Assembly: GCA_009779845.1 (NCBI GenBank)
Contig: WRBE01000005.1
Coordinates: 880-64,879 of the forward strand
Length of the DNA: 64,000 nt
Reading direction: 5' to 3'
Source of the DNA: Oscillospiraceae bacterium
GTDB lineage: Bacteria; Bacillota; Clostridia; Oscillospirales; Oscillospiraceae
In this document: piece by piece, positions 16,623-25,424 of the stretch
Position numbering within the stretch: position 1 is the stretch's first letter
Layout: each line of letters starts with the position of its first letter
Translations under genes and position numbers: made by a program
Notes under the pieces: model-generated
Database searches by the model: none
The model's input: the letters and a program-made list of their open reading frames with translations, nothing else
Told to the model about the DNA's origin: nothing

Positions 16623-16935
16623 GAGCACATTTCAATAGAACATCAAGCCGGCGGTGTCACCGCCCTTGACCATTGGAGTTTCGAGTACTATTACATCTGG
16701 CGTGAGGGCTTTTGCATCAGTACGGAGTATAAGGTGCAAAACCGTCGTCACTCTGCCCTTGACCTTGGCGGGTACATAGGGGCGCAGCCCCTGTGTTTCC
16801 TTTGCTTCTTTGCGAAACGGCAAAGAAGGCCCGCCCGGCAGGGCATACACGTTGGCGGTTCACGCCAAGATAGAATCGGCGGAACGCCGAACGAAAAGGT
16901 CAAAGACCGGGCGATTGATAATCGCCCCTACAAAG
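16623..16935 (+). repeat. Modular hairpin-rich intergenic repeat, copy B (long form)
   Basis: Most positions match the reverse complement of copy C over the first ~190 nt, and copy A over the full length. Internal hairpins: GGGGCgcaGCCCC, CTTCTTTGCgaaacgGCAAAGAAG, GGGCGATtgataATCGCCC. The 11-bp CCCCTACAAAG occurs at 16581-16591 and again at 16925-16935. Confidence 0.8.
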
Positions 16936-16969
16936 AACAATAACACCACCCAAGAAAGGAGCACACCCC

Positions 16970-17821
16970 ATGCAACTCTGGTTCTCCGAAGCCCACTCCA
17001 AACACGTAAAATTCTCCATCCAAGTAGAAAAACAACTCTTCTCCGCCCAAAGCGACTTTCAGCGCATCGATGTGTTTGAGTCCCGAGAATTCGGCCGATT
17101 CCTCACCTTAGACGGGTATATGATGCTCACAGAGCGGGACGAGTTCATCTACCACGAGATGATTACCCACGTCCCCATGGCGGTACACCCCAACCCGGCG
17201 CATGTCCTCGTGGTCGGCGCAGGGGACGGCGGTGTGATTCGGGAGCTAACCCGGTATGATACTGTGAAACACATCGACCTCGTAGAAATCGACCCCATGG
17301 TGGTGGAGGTATCCCGGCAGTATTTGCCTAAAACCGCCTGCTCTTTAGACGACCCACGGGTGCAGATTCACTACGAAGACGGGTTGCGGCATGTGCGGCG
17401 GTGTGAGGATAAGTATGACCTGATTATTGTAGACTCTACCGACCCCTTCGGGCCGGGCGAGGATTTATTCACCCGCGAATTTTACGGCAGTTGCTATAAG
17501 GCCCTCAAACCCGACGGCATCATGGTCAACCAGCATGAAAGCCCCTTTTACCAACAAGACGCCGTTGCCATGCAACGGGCTCATAAACGGATTGTAGAAA
17601 GCTTCCCCATCAGCCGGGTCTATCAGGCTCATATCCCCACCTATCCATCGGGACACTGGTTGTTTGGATTCGCCTCCAAACACTACCACCCGGTACGGGA
17701 CTTCTGTGTGGAGCGATGGGAAGCGTTTGGACTGACCACTGATTATTACACGCCGAGGCTACATATTGGGGCATTTTTGCTCCCGGCGTATGTGGAGAGG
17801 TTGTTGCAAGATGTTGAATAA
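16970..17821 (+). CDS. speE: Spermidine synthase (aminopropyltransferase)
   Basis: 283 aa with the motifs LDGYMMLTERDEFIYHEM, VLVVGAGDGGVIRE and IIVDSTDPFGPG. Confidence 0.9.
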   Translation: MQLWFSEAHSKHVKFSIQVEKQLFSAQSDFQRIDVFESREFGRFLTLDGYMMLTERDEFIYHEMITHVPMAVHPNPAHVLVVGAGDGGVIRELTRYDTVKHIDLVEIDPMVVEVSRQYLPKTACSLDDPRVQIHYEDGLRHVRRCEDKYDLIIVDSTDPFGPGEDLFTREFYGSCYKALKPDGIMVNQHESPFYQQDAVAMQRAHKRIVESFPISRVYQAHIPTYPSGHWLFGFASKHYHPVRDFCVERWEAFGLTTDYYTPRLHIGAFLLPAYVERLLQDVE

Positions 17822-18662
17822 AAATATTGAGAGCGCCTTCGGCTGTGCGGCCGAATATCAAGATGCCACCACGGTGCTATTTGGTGCGCCCTTTGACTCC
17901 ACCACCAGTTTCCGCCCCGGTGCCAGATTCGGCAGCCGAGCCATCCGGCAGGAGTCTTACGGTTTAGAGAGCTACAGTCCCTATCAACAGGCGGACTTGG
18001 TTGACTTGTCCATATTCGACAGCGGGGACTTAGAACTCCCCTTTGGCGCACCGGAACAGGCCTTAGAGGCCATTCGAGCACGGACAGCGACGATATTAGC
18101 AGACGGCAAGCGCCCCTTCCTATTGGGCGGTGAGCATCTGGTCACACTGGGCGCCGTGCAAGCTGCGGCAGAGCGGCGCCTGGATTTGCACATCATCCAC
18201 TTTGATGCCCACGCCGATTTGCGGGACGAGTATTTAGGTGTTACCCTCAGTCACGCCTCGGTGATTCGGCGGTGCTGGGATTTGTTGGGGAACGGGCGAA
18301 TATCCCAGTTCGGCATCCGCTCCGGAGATCGGGCGGAGTTTGCGTGGGCCGAGGGCCGTGTCCATACCCAATTGTTTGACTTTACAGGGCTTGGGCATGT
18401 GCTAGACACCCTCACAGGCAAGCCGGTGTACCTCACGGTGGATTTAGACGTCCTAGACCCCTCCATTTTTCCCGGCACAGGCACCCCGGAGGCAGGGGGC
18501 GTGGGGTTTTCGGAACTGTTACAGGCTCTGCTTCTTGTCATCAGCCAAGCCAACGTGGTAGCTTGTGATGTAAACGAACTAGCCCCCGCCCTAGACCCCA
18601 GCGGCGTGTCCACCGCCGTGGCGTGTAAAGTGGTGCGGGAGATGTTGATTGCGTTGGGGTGA
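17811..18662 (+). CDS. speB: Agmatinase / ureohydrolase
   Basis: Tracked ORF 17766..18662, with the start moved to ATG 17811 (11-nt overlap with the speE stop). Arginase-family Mn ligand motifs HFDAHADL, LTVDLDVLDP and GGEHL are present. Confidence 0.8.
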   Translation: MLNKNIESAFGCAAEYQDATTVLFGAPFDSTTSFRPGARFGSRAIRQESYGLESYSPYQQADLVDLSIFDSGDLELPFGAPEQALEAIRARTATILADGKRPFLLGGEHLVTLGAVQAAAERRLDLHIIHFDAHADLRDEYLGVTLSHASVIRRCWDLLGNGRISQFGIRSGDRAEFAWAEGRVHTQLFDFTGLGHVLDTLTGKPVYLTVDLDVLDPSIFPGTGTPEAGGVGFSELLQALLLVISQANVVACDVNELAPALDPSGVSTAVACKVVREMLIALG

Positions 18663-18689
18663 GCCATATTGAAAAGGAGTGTGACCCAT

Positions 18690-19160
18690 ATGCGTTTTAC
18701 AGCCTCCCTCGGGCAAACGGTCTTTGCCCGCTATAAAGACGGCTATTATTACCCCGCTGTTGTGGATGAGGTGCTCGGCGAGCATATCAATGCCTCTTTC
18801 CTAGATGGAGACACCGGCGTGATTGCAAAAGAAGATATCATGGAATTGCAAGAGGGCTTTGAAACCTTACATTTCCAAGGCAATTGGCAGCATGGTGGTA
18901 TCTTCTACAAGGGCAAGCTTGCAAGCCATCTGCCCATGGTGATGCACTACAATGACGGCGATGTGGAGCAGATAGAACTCGTCCAACTCCGCGGTAAGAG
19001 ACCGGGGCCGGTAAAGAAACCCACAAAAAAGAACCCCGCAAAAAAGGAACCTGTCCATGTCCAAAGCGAAAAAGAGGCAATCAAAGAACTGAAAGCGTTA
19101 CGCAAAAACGGTTTTATCTCAAAAGAAGAGTTCAAGCGCATGAAGAATCAATTGCGATAA
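18690..19160 (+). CDS. Hypothetical protein, Tudor-like N-terminal repeats + C-terminal SHOCT-like motif
   Basis: Start moved to ATG 18690. The N-terminus GQTVFARYKDGYYYPAVV, and a second similar segment, resemble Tudor/agenet-like barrels. A Lys/Pro-rich linker follows. The C-terminus KELKALRKNGFISKEEFKRMKNQL resembles the SHOCT motif. Confidence 0.45.
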   Translation: MRFTASLGQTVFARYKDGYYYPAVVDEVLGEHINASFLDGDTGVIAKEDIMELQEGFETLHFQGNWQHGGIFYKGKLASHLPMVMHYNDGDVEQIELVQLRGKRPGPVKKPTKKNPAKKEPVHVQSEKEAIKELKALRKNGFISKEEFKRMKNQLR

Positions 19161-19186
19161 CAAATCTATAAAAGAGGTGTTTTATC

Positions 19187-20389
19187 ATGGGAAAAGTACT
19201 AATCATCGGCGCAGGCGGTGTGGCAGGGGTTGCCGTCCACAAGTGCGCCCAAAACAGTGGCGTGTTCCAAGAAATCTGCATCGCCAGCCGTACCATTGCA
19301 AAATGCGATGCGCTCAAACAAGAGCTAGAGGGCAAAACCACAGCCAAAATCACCACCGCTACGGTGGATGCAAGCGATGTGGCAGACCTCACGGCCTTAA
19401 TCGAGAGAGAAAAGCCGGATGTGGTGCTCAACTTGGCTCTGCCCTACCACGATTTGCCGATTATGGATGCCTGTCTCGCCACCAAGACCCACTACGTGGA
19501 CACAGCAAACTATGAGCCGGAGGACACGGCGAAATTCGAGTATAGTTGGCAATGGGCCTACAGAGAGCGGTATGAGCAAGCCGACATCACGGCCCTCCTC
19601 GGCTCTGGCTTTGACCCCGGTGTGACGGGGGTGTTCTCGGCCTATGCCCTCAAACACTATTTTGACGAGATTCACTATATCGACATTTTAGACTGCAACG
19701 GCGGCGACCATGGCTATCCCTTTGCAACCAACTTTAACCCGGAAATCAACATCCGAGAAGTCTCCGCCAAAGGCCGCTATTGGGAAGCGGGCCAGTGGAT
19801 AGAGACCGAGCCCATGGAAATCAAGCGGGTCTACAACTTTGACCAAGTGGGCGAGCGTGACATGTACTTGCTCTACCACGAAGAGCTAGAGAGCTTGGCC
19901 GAGAACATCCCCGGCCTCAAGCGCATCCGCTTTTTCATGACCTTTGGCGAGAGTTATCTGCGCCATCTCAAGTGCCTAGAAAACGTGGGCATGACCAGTA
20001 TCGAGCCGATTGAGTTTGAGGGGAAAGAAATTATCCCGCTCCAGTTTCTAAAAGCCGTCCTCCCCGACCCTGCGTCTTTGGGGCCGCGGACGAAGGGCAA
20101 AACGAATATCGGTTGTATCTTCCAAGGTGTGAAAGACGGCAAGCCGAGAAATCTCTATATCTACAACATCTGCGACCATGAGGCATGTTTCCGTGAAGTA
20201 GGCAGCCAAGCGGTGAGCTATACCACCGGCGTACCCGCCATGATTGGCACGGCACTGGTCATGCAGGGCCTGTGGCAAAAGCCCGGTGTATTCAACGTAG
20301 AAGAGTTCGATCCCGACCCCTTTATGGAGGCACTGAACAAATGGGGCCTGCCGTGGCAAATTGATGAAAACCCCGTGTTGGTAGATTAA
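19187..20389 (+). CDS. Carboxy(nor)spermidine dehydrogenase/synthase (saccharopine dehydrogenase family)
   Basis: 400 aa with the N-terminal Rossmann motif VLIIGAGGVAGVAVHK. Length and context (nspC two genes downstream) fit CASDH/CANSDH. Confidence 0.75.
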   Translation: MGKVLIIGAGGVAGVAVHKCAQNSGVFQEICIASRTIAKCDALKQELEGKTTAKITTATVDASDVADLTALIEREKPDVVLNLALPYHDLPIMDACLATKTHYVDTANYEPEDTAKFEYSWQWAYRERYEQADITALLGSGFDPGVTGVFSAYALKHYFDEIHYIDILDCNGGDHGYPFATNFNPEINIREVSAKGRYWEAGQWIETEPMEIKRVYNFDQVGERDMYLLYHEELESLAENIPGLKRIRFFMTFGESYLRHLKCLENVGMTSIEPIEFEGKEIIPLQFLKAVLPDPASLGPRTKGKTNIGCIFQGVKDGKPRNLYIYNICDHEACFREVGSQAVSYTTGVPAMIGTALVMQGLWQKPGVFNVEEFDPDPFMEALNKWGLPWQIDENPVLVD

Positions 20390-20415
20390 AATAACAGGAG
20401 AAAGAAGGGTGTATC

Positions 20416-20652
20416 ATGCAAAAGCTAATATATATCAGCAATAACCGCGACTATGCAGAACAAGGGAATATCAATGAAAACCAATACTTCAAAGAAGTAA
20501 ATAAACTGTTAGAACAAGGTTGGGCAGTCTCCTCTGTTAAACTGCCCAACCTGTACGAGATTCAACAGACACAAGAGCCGACAAAAGAACGGTTTCACTT
20601 GGAAACCCTAGCCGGGGTTATCGTGCTCGAAAAGCCGGATGAAGCGAAGTAA
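20416..20652 (+). CDS. Hypothetical small protein
   Basis: 78 aa with SD AGGAGAAAGAAGG upstream. The stop overlaps the nspC start. No recognisable family. Confidence 0.45.
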   Translation: MQKLIYISNNRDYAEQGNINENQYFKEVNKLLEQGWAVSSVKLPNLYEIQQTQEPTKERFHLETLAGVIVLEKPDEAK

Positions 20653-21766
20653 CCTCCCCACCCCCTGCTATGTTGTCAGCGAGGCGAAGGTTGCGGACAA
20701 CTGCCGCATCCTCCGGGGCGTCATGGAGCGGACGGGGTGTAAAATTCTGTTGGCGCAAAAAGCGTTTTCCATGTACGAATTATACCCGCTCATCGGGCAA
20801 TATCTCAGCGGTGCGGCCTCTTCCGGCCTCTATGAAGCACGGTTGGCGCGGGAGCATTTTCCGGGGGAGAGCCATGTGTTCTCCGGGGCCTTCCGCCCTG
20901 ATGATTTCCCGGAATTGTTCGGTTATGCGGACACGATTATATTCAACTCCATCGCCCAGCTAACCCGCTACGGCCCTGAGGCTAGGACGGTGGGCCTTCG
21001 TGTGGGGCTTCGGATTAACCCGGAACATTCTACGCAAGACGGCTCTGGCATCTACGACCCCTGCGCCCCCGGCTCTCGGCTGGGGGTGACGCTCATGCAG
21101 TTTGATCCGACGTGTCTGCCGCTGCTGGATGGGCTGCACTTCCACACCCTTTGTGAGCAAGATGCGGCCCCCTTGGTGGAGACCGTGGCGGCCTTTGAGG
21201 CAAAGTTTGGCAAGTGGCTCTCGGGTCTATCGTGGCTCAATCTGGGTGGCGGGCACCATATTACGAAGCCCGGATATGATATAGCAGCCTTAGAAACCAC
21301 CGTCTGTCGGTTGCAAGAAACCTACGGTGTGACGGTTTACCTAGAGCCCGGCGAAGCCATTGCCTACCACGCCGGGTGGCTGGTGACCACGGTACTGGAC
21401 ATTGTTCACAACAACGGCGTGGACATCGCCATTCTAGACACCTCCGCCGCTTGCCACATGCCGGATGTGTTAGAGATGCCCTACCGCCCGCCTCTGGCGG
21501 ATAGCGGTGAGCCGAGGGAGAAGCCTTACACCTACCGTCTCGGCGGCCCCACCTGTCTCGCTGGGGATGTTATCGGCGACTACTCCTTTGACCGTCCGCT
21601 GGCGATTGGCGATCGGCTCACGTTTGGGGACATGGCGATTTATACCATGGTGAAGAACAACACCTTTAATGGGATGCCTCTACCGACTATTGCAGTAGAG
21701 GGGACAGACGGTGTGTGCCGTATATACAAGGAATTTGGGTATCAAGAGTTTAAAGCTAGGTTGTAG
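20639..21766 (+). CDS. nspC: Carboxy(nor)spermidine decarboxylase
   Basis: 375 aa. A PLP-dependent alanine-racemase-fold decarboxylase pattern: TPCYVVSE N-terminus, LAQKAF lysine context, NLGGGHH, YLEPGEA and GGPTCLAGD. Confidence 0.8.
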   Translation: MKRSNLPTPCYVVSEAKVADNCRILRGVMERTGCKILLAQKAFSMYELYPLIGQYLSGAASSGLYEARLAREHFPGESHVFSGAFRPDDFPELFGYADTIIFNSIAQLTRYGPEARTVGLRVGLRINPEHSTQDGSGIYDPCAPGSRLGVTLMQFDPTCLPLLDGLHFHTLCEQDAAPLVETVAAFEAKFGKWLSGLSWLNLGGGHHITKPGYDIAALETTVCRLQETYGVTVYLEPGEAIAYHAGWLVTTVLDIVHNNGVDIAILDTSAACHMPDVLEMPYRPPLADSGEPREKPYTYRLGGPTCLAGDVIGDYSFDRPLAIGDRLTFGDMAIYTMVKNNTFNGMPLPTIAVEGTDGVCRIYKEFGYQEFKARL

Positions 21767-21984
21767 GGGACGTGTCCCTGCGCGTCCCGGCCTTTGACCT
21801 ACGCCCTTGGTAGGGGCTGCGCCCCCCTATGTACCCACTAAGGGCAAGGGCAGAGTGACGATGGTTTTGCACCTTATACTCCGCACTGGCGCCAAGGGTC
21901 TCTAGCCAGATGTAATCGTACTCGAAACCCCAATGGTCAAGGGCGGTAGTTGTCGCCGGTGGGATGTTCTATTGAACTGTGCTC
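21767..21984 (-). repeat. Modular hairpin-rich intergenic repeat, copy C (short form, inverted orientation)
   Basis: Its reverse complement begins GAGCACAGTTCAATAGAACATC... (copy B: GAGCACATTTCAATAGAACATC...). It ends ...GGGACGcgcagggacaCGTCCCCTACAA. The ~100-nt central module present in A and B is absent. It lies between the convergent genes nspC and tatD. Confidence 0.8.
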
Positions 21985-22003
21985 TTGAATGGGTGGCACA
22001 TCT

Positions 22004-22765
22004 CTACTTAATTCCAAACAACCGCTTCCCATTTTCCGTGGTGATCGTTGCCGCTTCTTCTTGGCTGATACCCCAAAGTTCTCCCACGGTTTTGGCAATT
22101 TCAGGGAGGTAGCGGCTGTCGTTGCGCTTACCCCGGTGGGGCACGGGGGCCATGTAGGGGGCATCGGTCTCAATCACCAGCCGCTCACGGGGCATGTATT
22201 CGATGACCTCGTGGCTTTTTCGGGCGTTTTTATAGGTGACGATGCCGGTGAAGCCCAGATACCAACCCAAATCCAAAATTAGTTTGGCAGTCTCTAGACT
22301 GCCGGAATAACAGTGTACCACGCCCTGCACGTCCCGGAAGTCCCGGAGTGTCGCCAAGGTGTCCTCTGCCGCTTCTCGCATGTGGACGATAGCGGGCAGG
22401 GCCACATGGCGGGCCAGCTCCATCTGTTCTCGGAACCGCCGCATTTGCACGTTCCGAGGGGAAAAGTCGTAGTGGTAGTCCAGCCCGATCTCTCCCACGG
22501 CCATCACTTTTTCGTGATGGGTAAGGGTCTCTAACTCTGCGATGTCCCCGTCTCTCATCTTTTTGCTGTCGTGGGGATGCACTCCGACTGCGGCATAGAT
22601 GTGCGGATATTGCTCGGCAAATCCAACCGCCGTCCGGGAGGATGGCATATCTGCGCCGGGGTTTAATACGAGACGAATGCCCTGCTCCGGCAGACTGGCA
22701 AGCAGTGCCTCTCTGTCCGGGTTGAATCTAGGGTTATCGTAGTGGGCGTGGGTGTCAAAATACAT
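22004..22765 (-). CDS. tatD: TatD-family metal-dependent hydrolase (YabD-like DNase)
   Basis: 253 aa with MYFDTHAHYD at the N-terminus and later GEIGLDYHY, VHCYSG and ETDAPY motifs. Confidence 0.85.
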   Translation of the reverse strand: MYFDTHAHYDNPRFNPDREALLASLPEQGIRLVLNPGADMPSSRTAVGFAEQYPHIYAAVGVHPHDSKKMRDGDIAELETLTHHEKVMAVGEIGLDYHYDFSPRNVQMRRFREQMELARHVALPAIVHMREAAEDTLATLRDFRDVQGVVHCYSGSLETAKLILDLGWYLGFTGIVTYKNARKSHEVIEYMPRERLVIETDAPYMAPVPHRGKRNDSRYLPEIAKTVGELWGISQEEAATITTENGKRLFGIK

Positions 22766-22893
22766 GGGGAAATTCCTTTCGTGGATGTTTTTTCATTTTC
22801 TGCAACAATTATATAAAAAAGACTTGAAATTGTACAGAGCCTATGCTACAATATCCTGTACGACCAAAAGAAATTAAAGGGGATGACCTTGTC

Positions 22894-23124
22894 ATGACAA
22901 TCGCTCTTAGCATAATCCACATAATCGCCGCCGTATTTTTGATTACGGTAATTCTGCTCCAGTCTGGAAAAAGTGCCGGACTCTCCGGGGCGTTGACCGG
23001 TTCTGCCGACACGTTTTTGTCCAAAAACAAAGGCCGCTCATTAGACCGCCGCTTGGCACAGATTACCAAGTGGGTTGCCACCGGGTTTGCGCTGATCACT
23101 CTGGTGATTAACCTGATGCTGTAA
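22894..23124 (+). CDS. secG: Preprotein translocase subunit SecG
   Basis: Tracked ORF 22843..23124, with the start moved to ATG 22894. 76 aa with two TM helices and the signature LLQSGKSAGLSGA. Confidence 0.8.
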   Translation: MTIALSIIHIIAAVFLITVILLQSGKSAGLSGALTGSADTFLSKNKGRSLDRRLAQITKWVATGFALITLVINLML

Positions 23125-23142
23125 CGCTATACCCAACCATTA

Positions 23143-23178
23143 TTCAGGGCAGACGCAATGCGTCTGCCCTGAATTTTT
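23143..23178. terminator. Bidirectional terminator between secG and rsmG
   Basis: TTCAGGGCAGACG / CGTCTGCCCTGAA stem with a 4-nt loop, followed by TTTTT. It lies at the 3' ends of both convergent genes. Confidence 0.75.
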
Positions 23179-23869
23179 ATCTCAGCGGGTCTTTTTGAAT
23201 CCGTGCAAATCGCCGGGGATACCGCTCTGGCGTTGGGGCAACCTTGCGCACCACTACAATCCGCCGAATGGCTTCCGGCTCATTAGGGAGGGTGTAGTCA
23301 TGATGGGCTTCCATCACACCGCCTAAGCACTCTGCCGCCCCTTTTGCGGCGTAAATTTCATCCTCTGAGCGGGCCGTCTTCATGGCGAGAAACGCACCGC
23401 CCACCCGGACATAGGGCAGGGTAAGTTCCAACAGCACCCGTAGCTCTGCAACGGCACGGCTGGTAGCGTAATCGTAGGACTCCCGCTCTTCTTCTGTCTG
23501 CACCCAACTTTCCGCCCGGTCGTGGATACAGCGGATGTCTTGTAGATCGAGGGCGTCAACCACCTCTTCCAAAAAATCCACCCGCTTGGCGAGGCTGTCT
23601 AACAACGTGACTTGTAAACTGGGCACCGCAATTTTCAGCGGCAGGCCGGGGAACCCGGCACCGGTACCCACGTCAATGAGCCGCTTGTCGGTAAAGTCCG
23701 CCACAGCCATGAGGGAGAGGCTGTCTAGGAAATGCTTTTCTATCGCCTCGTCTCGGTCAGTGATGGCGGTGAGGTTCATGACCTTGTTCCGCTCGGTCAG
23801 AAGCGTCCAATATGTTTCAAATTGGCGCAACTGGCACGGAGAGAGGGCGAGATGGTGTAATGGTTGCAT
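23177..23869 (-). CDS. rsmG: 16S rRNA (guanine527-N7)-methyltransferase
   Basis: 230 aa with NLTAI...HFLDSL and the SAM motif DVGTGAGFPGLPLKI. Confidence 0.85.
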   Translation of the reverse strand: MQPLHHLALSPCQLRQFETYWTLLTERNKVMNLTAITDRDEAIEKHFLDSLSLMAVADFTDKRLIDVGTGAGFPGLPLKIAVPSLQVTLLDSLAKRVDFLEEVVDALDLQDIRCIHDRAESWVQTEEERESYDYATSRAVAELRVLLELTLPYVRVGGAFLAMKTARSEDEIYAAKGAAECLGGVMEAHHDYTLPNEPEAIRRIVVVRKVAPTPERYPRRFARIQKDPLR

Positions 23870-23889
23870 GGGGTGTTTCCTTTTTATCC

Positions 23890-25113
23890 TTAATCAAACT
23901 GCAACGATGTAAAATAATGCTTCCGCAGCATTGCCGCATTGCCTCTGGCGGCCAACCACGATAGGTCTCGCTTATCATAGTGCATCTCAAATACACCCTC
24001 TTCCGGGAAATAGCGGAACTGGGCCAGATCCCGTTTCAAACAGTCGTCAAAATATGAATCTGCCAATGCAAAATCCCCTTGGAAAATGACCACGTCCGGG
24101 TTATAAACAAGCGCCAAATTGTGCAACGCAACCGCAAATCGGCTGGCAAGATGTGCCACCACTTTTCGCGCTGCCAGATCCTCTGCGGCACTGGCCTCAA
24201 ACAGCGTCTGGAATGTGAGCGGGCTATCCCCGTTGACCAGTGGACTGTCTGGGCCTAACATGTCTGCAATCCGGGCTAGGCTAACACTATGCTCTAAACA
24301 ACCGCTCTTGCCGCAAATACACTTACCCGGTGCCGGGTTTTCTACAATCATGTGACCGATTTCGCCAATTAGAGAGTCTTTTCCACTGAGCACATGGCCG
24401 TTTTCAATCAGACACGCAGACAGGCCCCATGTACAAAACAAACTCAACACACGCCGCTTTGTAAGCACCGGCGCATCTAATAAAATGGCACGCCCACAGG
24501 CTTTTCCTGCGTTTTCTAGGATATATTGGGGCGCTTCGCCGAAAATGGGCCGCAAGTATTCTTCTATATAGATATTCCGGCCCCAGCTTGGCGCCTTTGC
24601 ATTGTAGAACAATAGATTCGCTTTATAGTCCACAATCCCGGACGTGGAAACCCCCACCCCATATAGATCAGACAAGGCCACGCCTTGGCGTTCTAAGTAG
24701 GGCAAAGCAAAACGCTCTAAGCTTGCAAACACATCCTCTAAGCGCTCTTCTGCGATATGCGGATGCTCTTCTAAGGCGTACACGTCACCTACTAGGTTCG
24801 AGAGTGCAAAGGTAACTGATGTGGGCCAAAGTGCGATGCATAAAATTTTTCTCTTATCCGAAAACGCAAAATATTCCGGCTTTTTACCGCCTACTTTTGA
24901 GGACGGCCCAAAGCCCGCTGACTCTACAAGGCCCTCATTGCAAAAATACTGCAATGTCCGCATAATGGTTGGCTTGCTAATCCCTGTTGTAGCACGGATG
25001 TCCTGCGCCGTACACTTCTCACCGGACAGCAAGTGCTCAAGTATCTTCATTCGGTTGACCAGTTTAATATCGGCAGGCACCGCAATCTGGTCAATTGTAA
25101 TCTGTTTCGGCAC
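23890..25113 (-). CDS. ROK-family transcriptional regulator (XylR/NagC-like)
   Basis: 407 aa. N-terminal winged-HTH (AQDIRATTGISKPTIMRTLQYF), a ROK sugar-kinase-like body and the zinc motif CICGKSGCLEH. It sits next to the xylanase/xylose genes. Confidence 0.8.
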   Translation of the reverse strand: MPKQITIDQIAVPADIKLVNRMKILEHLLSGEKCTAQDIRATTGISKPTIMRTLQYFCNEGLVESAGFGPSSKVGGKKPEYFAFSDKRKILCIALWPTSVTFALSNLVGDVYALEEHPHIAEERLEDVFASLERFALPYLERQGVALSDLYGVGVSTSGIVDYKANLLFYNAKAPSWGRNIYIEEYLRPIFGEAPQYILENAGKACGRAILLDAPVLTKRRVLSLFCTWGLSACLIENGHVLSGKDSLIGEIGHMIVENPAPGKCICGKSGCLEHSVSLARIADMLGPDSPLVNGDSPLTFQTLFEASAAEDLAARKVVAHLASRFAVALHNLALVYNPDVVIFQGDFALADSYFDDCLKRDLAQFRYFPEEGVFEMHYDKRDLSWLAARGNAAMLRKHYFTSLQFD

Positions 25114-25361
25114 GTAGTCTGCCCCCTATTGACAGTTTAGTTTTTTATGTTTCTTTTCTAATTATAACATACTCTTGCGACCCTGTCTATTTATAGTCTC
25201 ACCACTTGGAAACAGTCTCAAACTTTTTGCGGATATTTTTTGTTCCGTAAGGCGGAGAACGCTGGCGGGCTGGTGCCCGGCAAGGACAACAACGTAGCGG
25301 AGCGGAAAATAGACCGAACAGATGAGACTGTTTTCTGGTGGTGAAACTCTATAATGGAGAA

Positions 25362-25400
25362 AGGCCCATGGCCCAGCGCATTTGCACCGGGCCATGGGTT
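25362..25400 (-). terminator. Terminator downstream of the giant xylanase gene
   Basis: CCCATGGCCC (25365-25374) pairs with GGGCCATGGG (25389-25398). On the minus strand it is followed by CCTTTCTCC. Confidence 0.5.
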
Positions 25401-25424
25401 TGTTGTATTACACTGGAACTGGGA

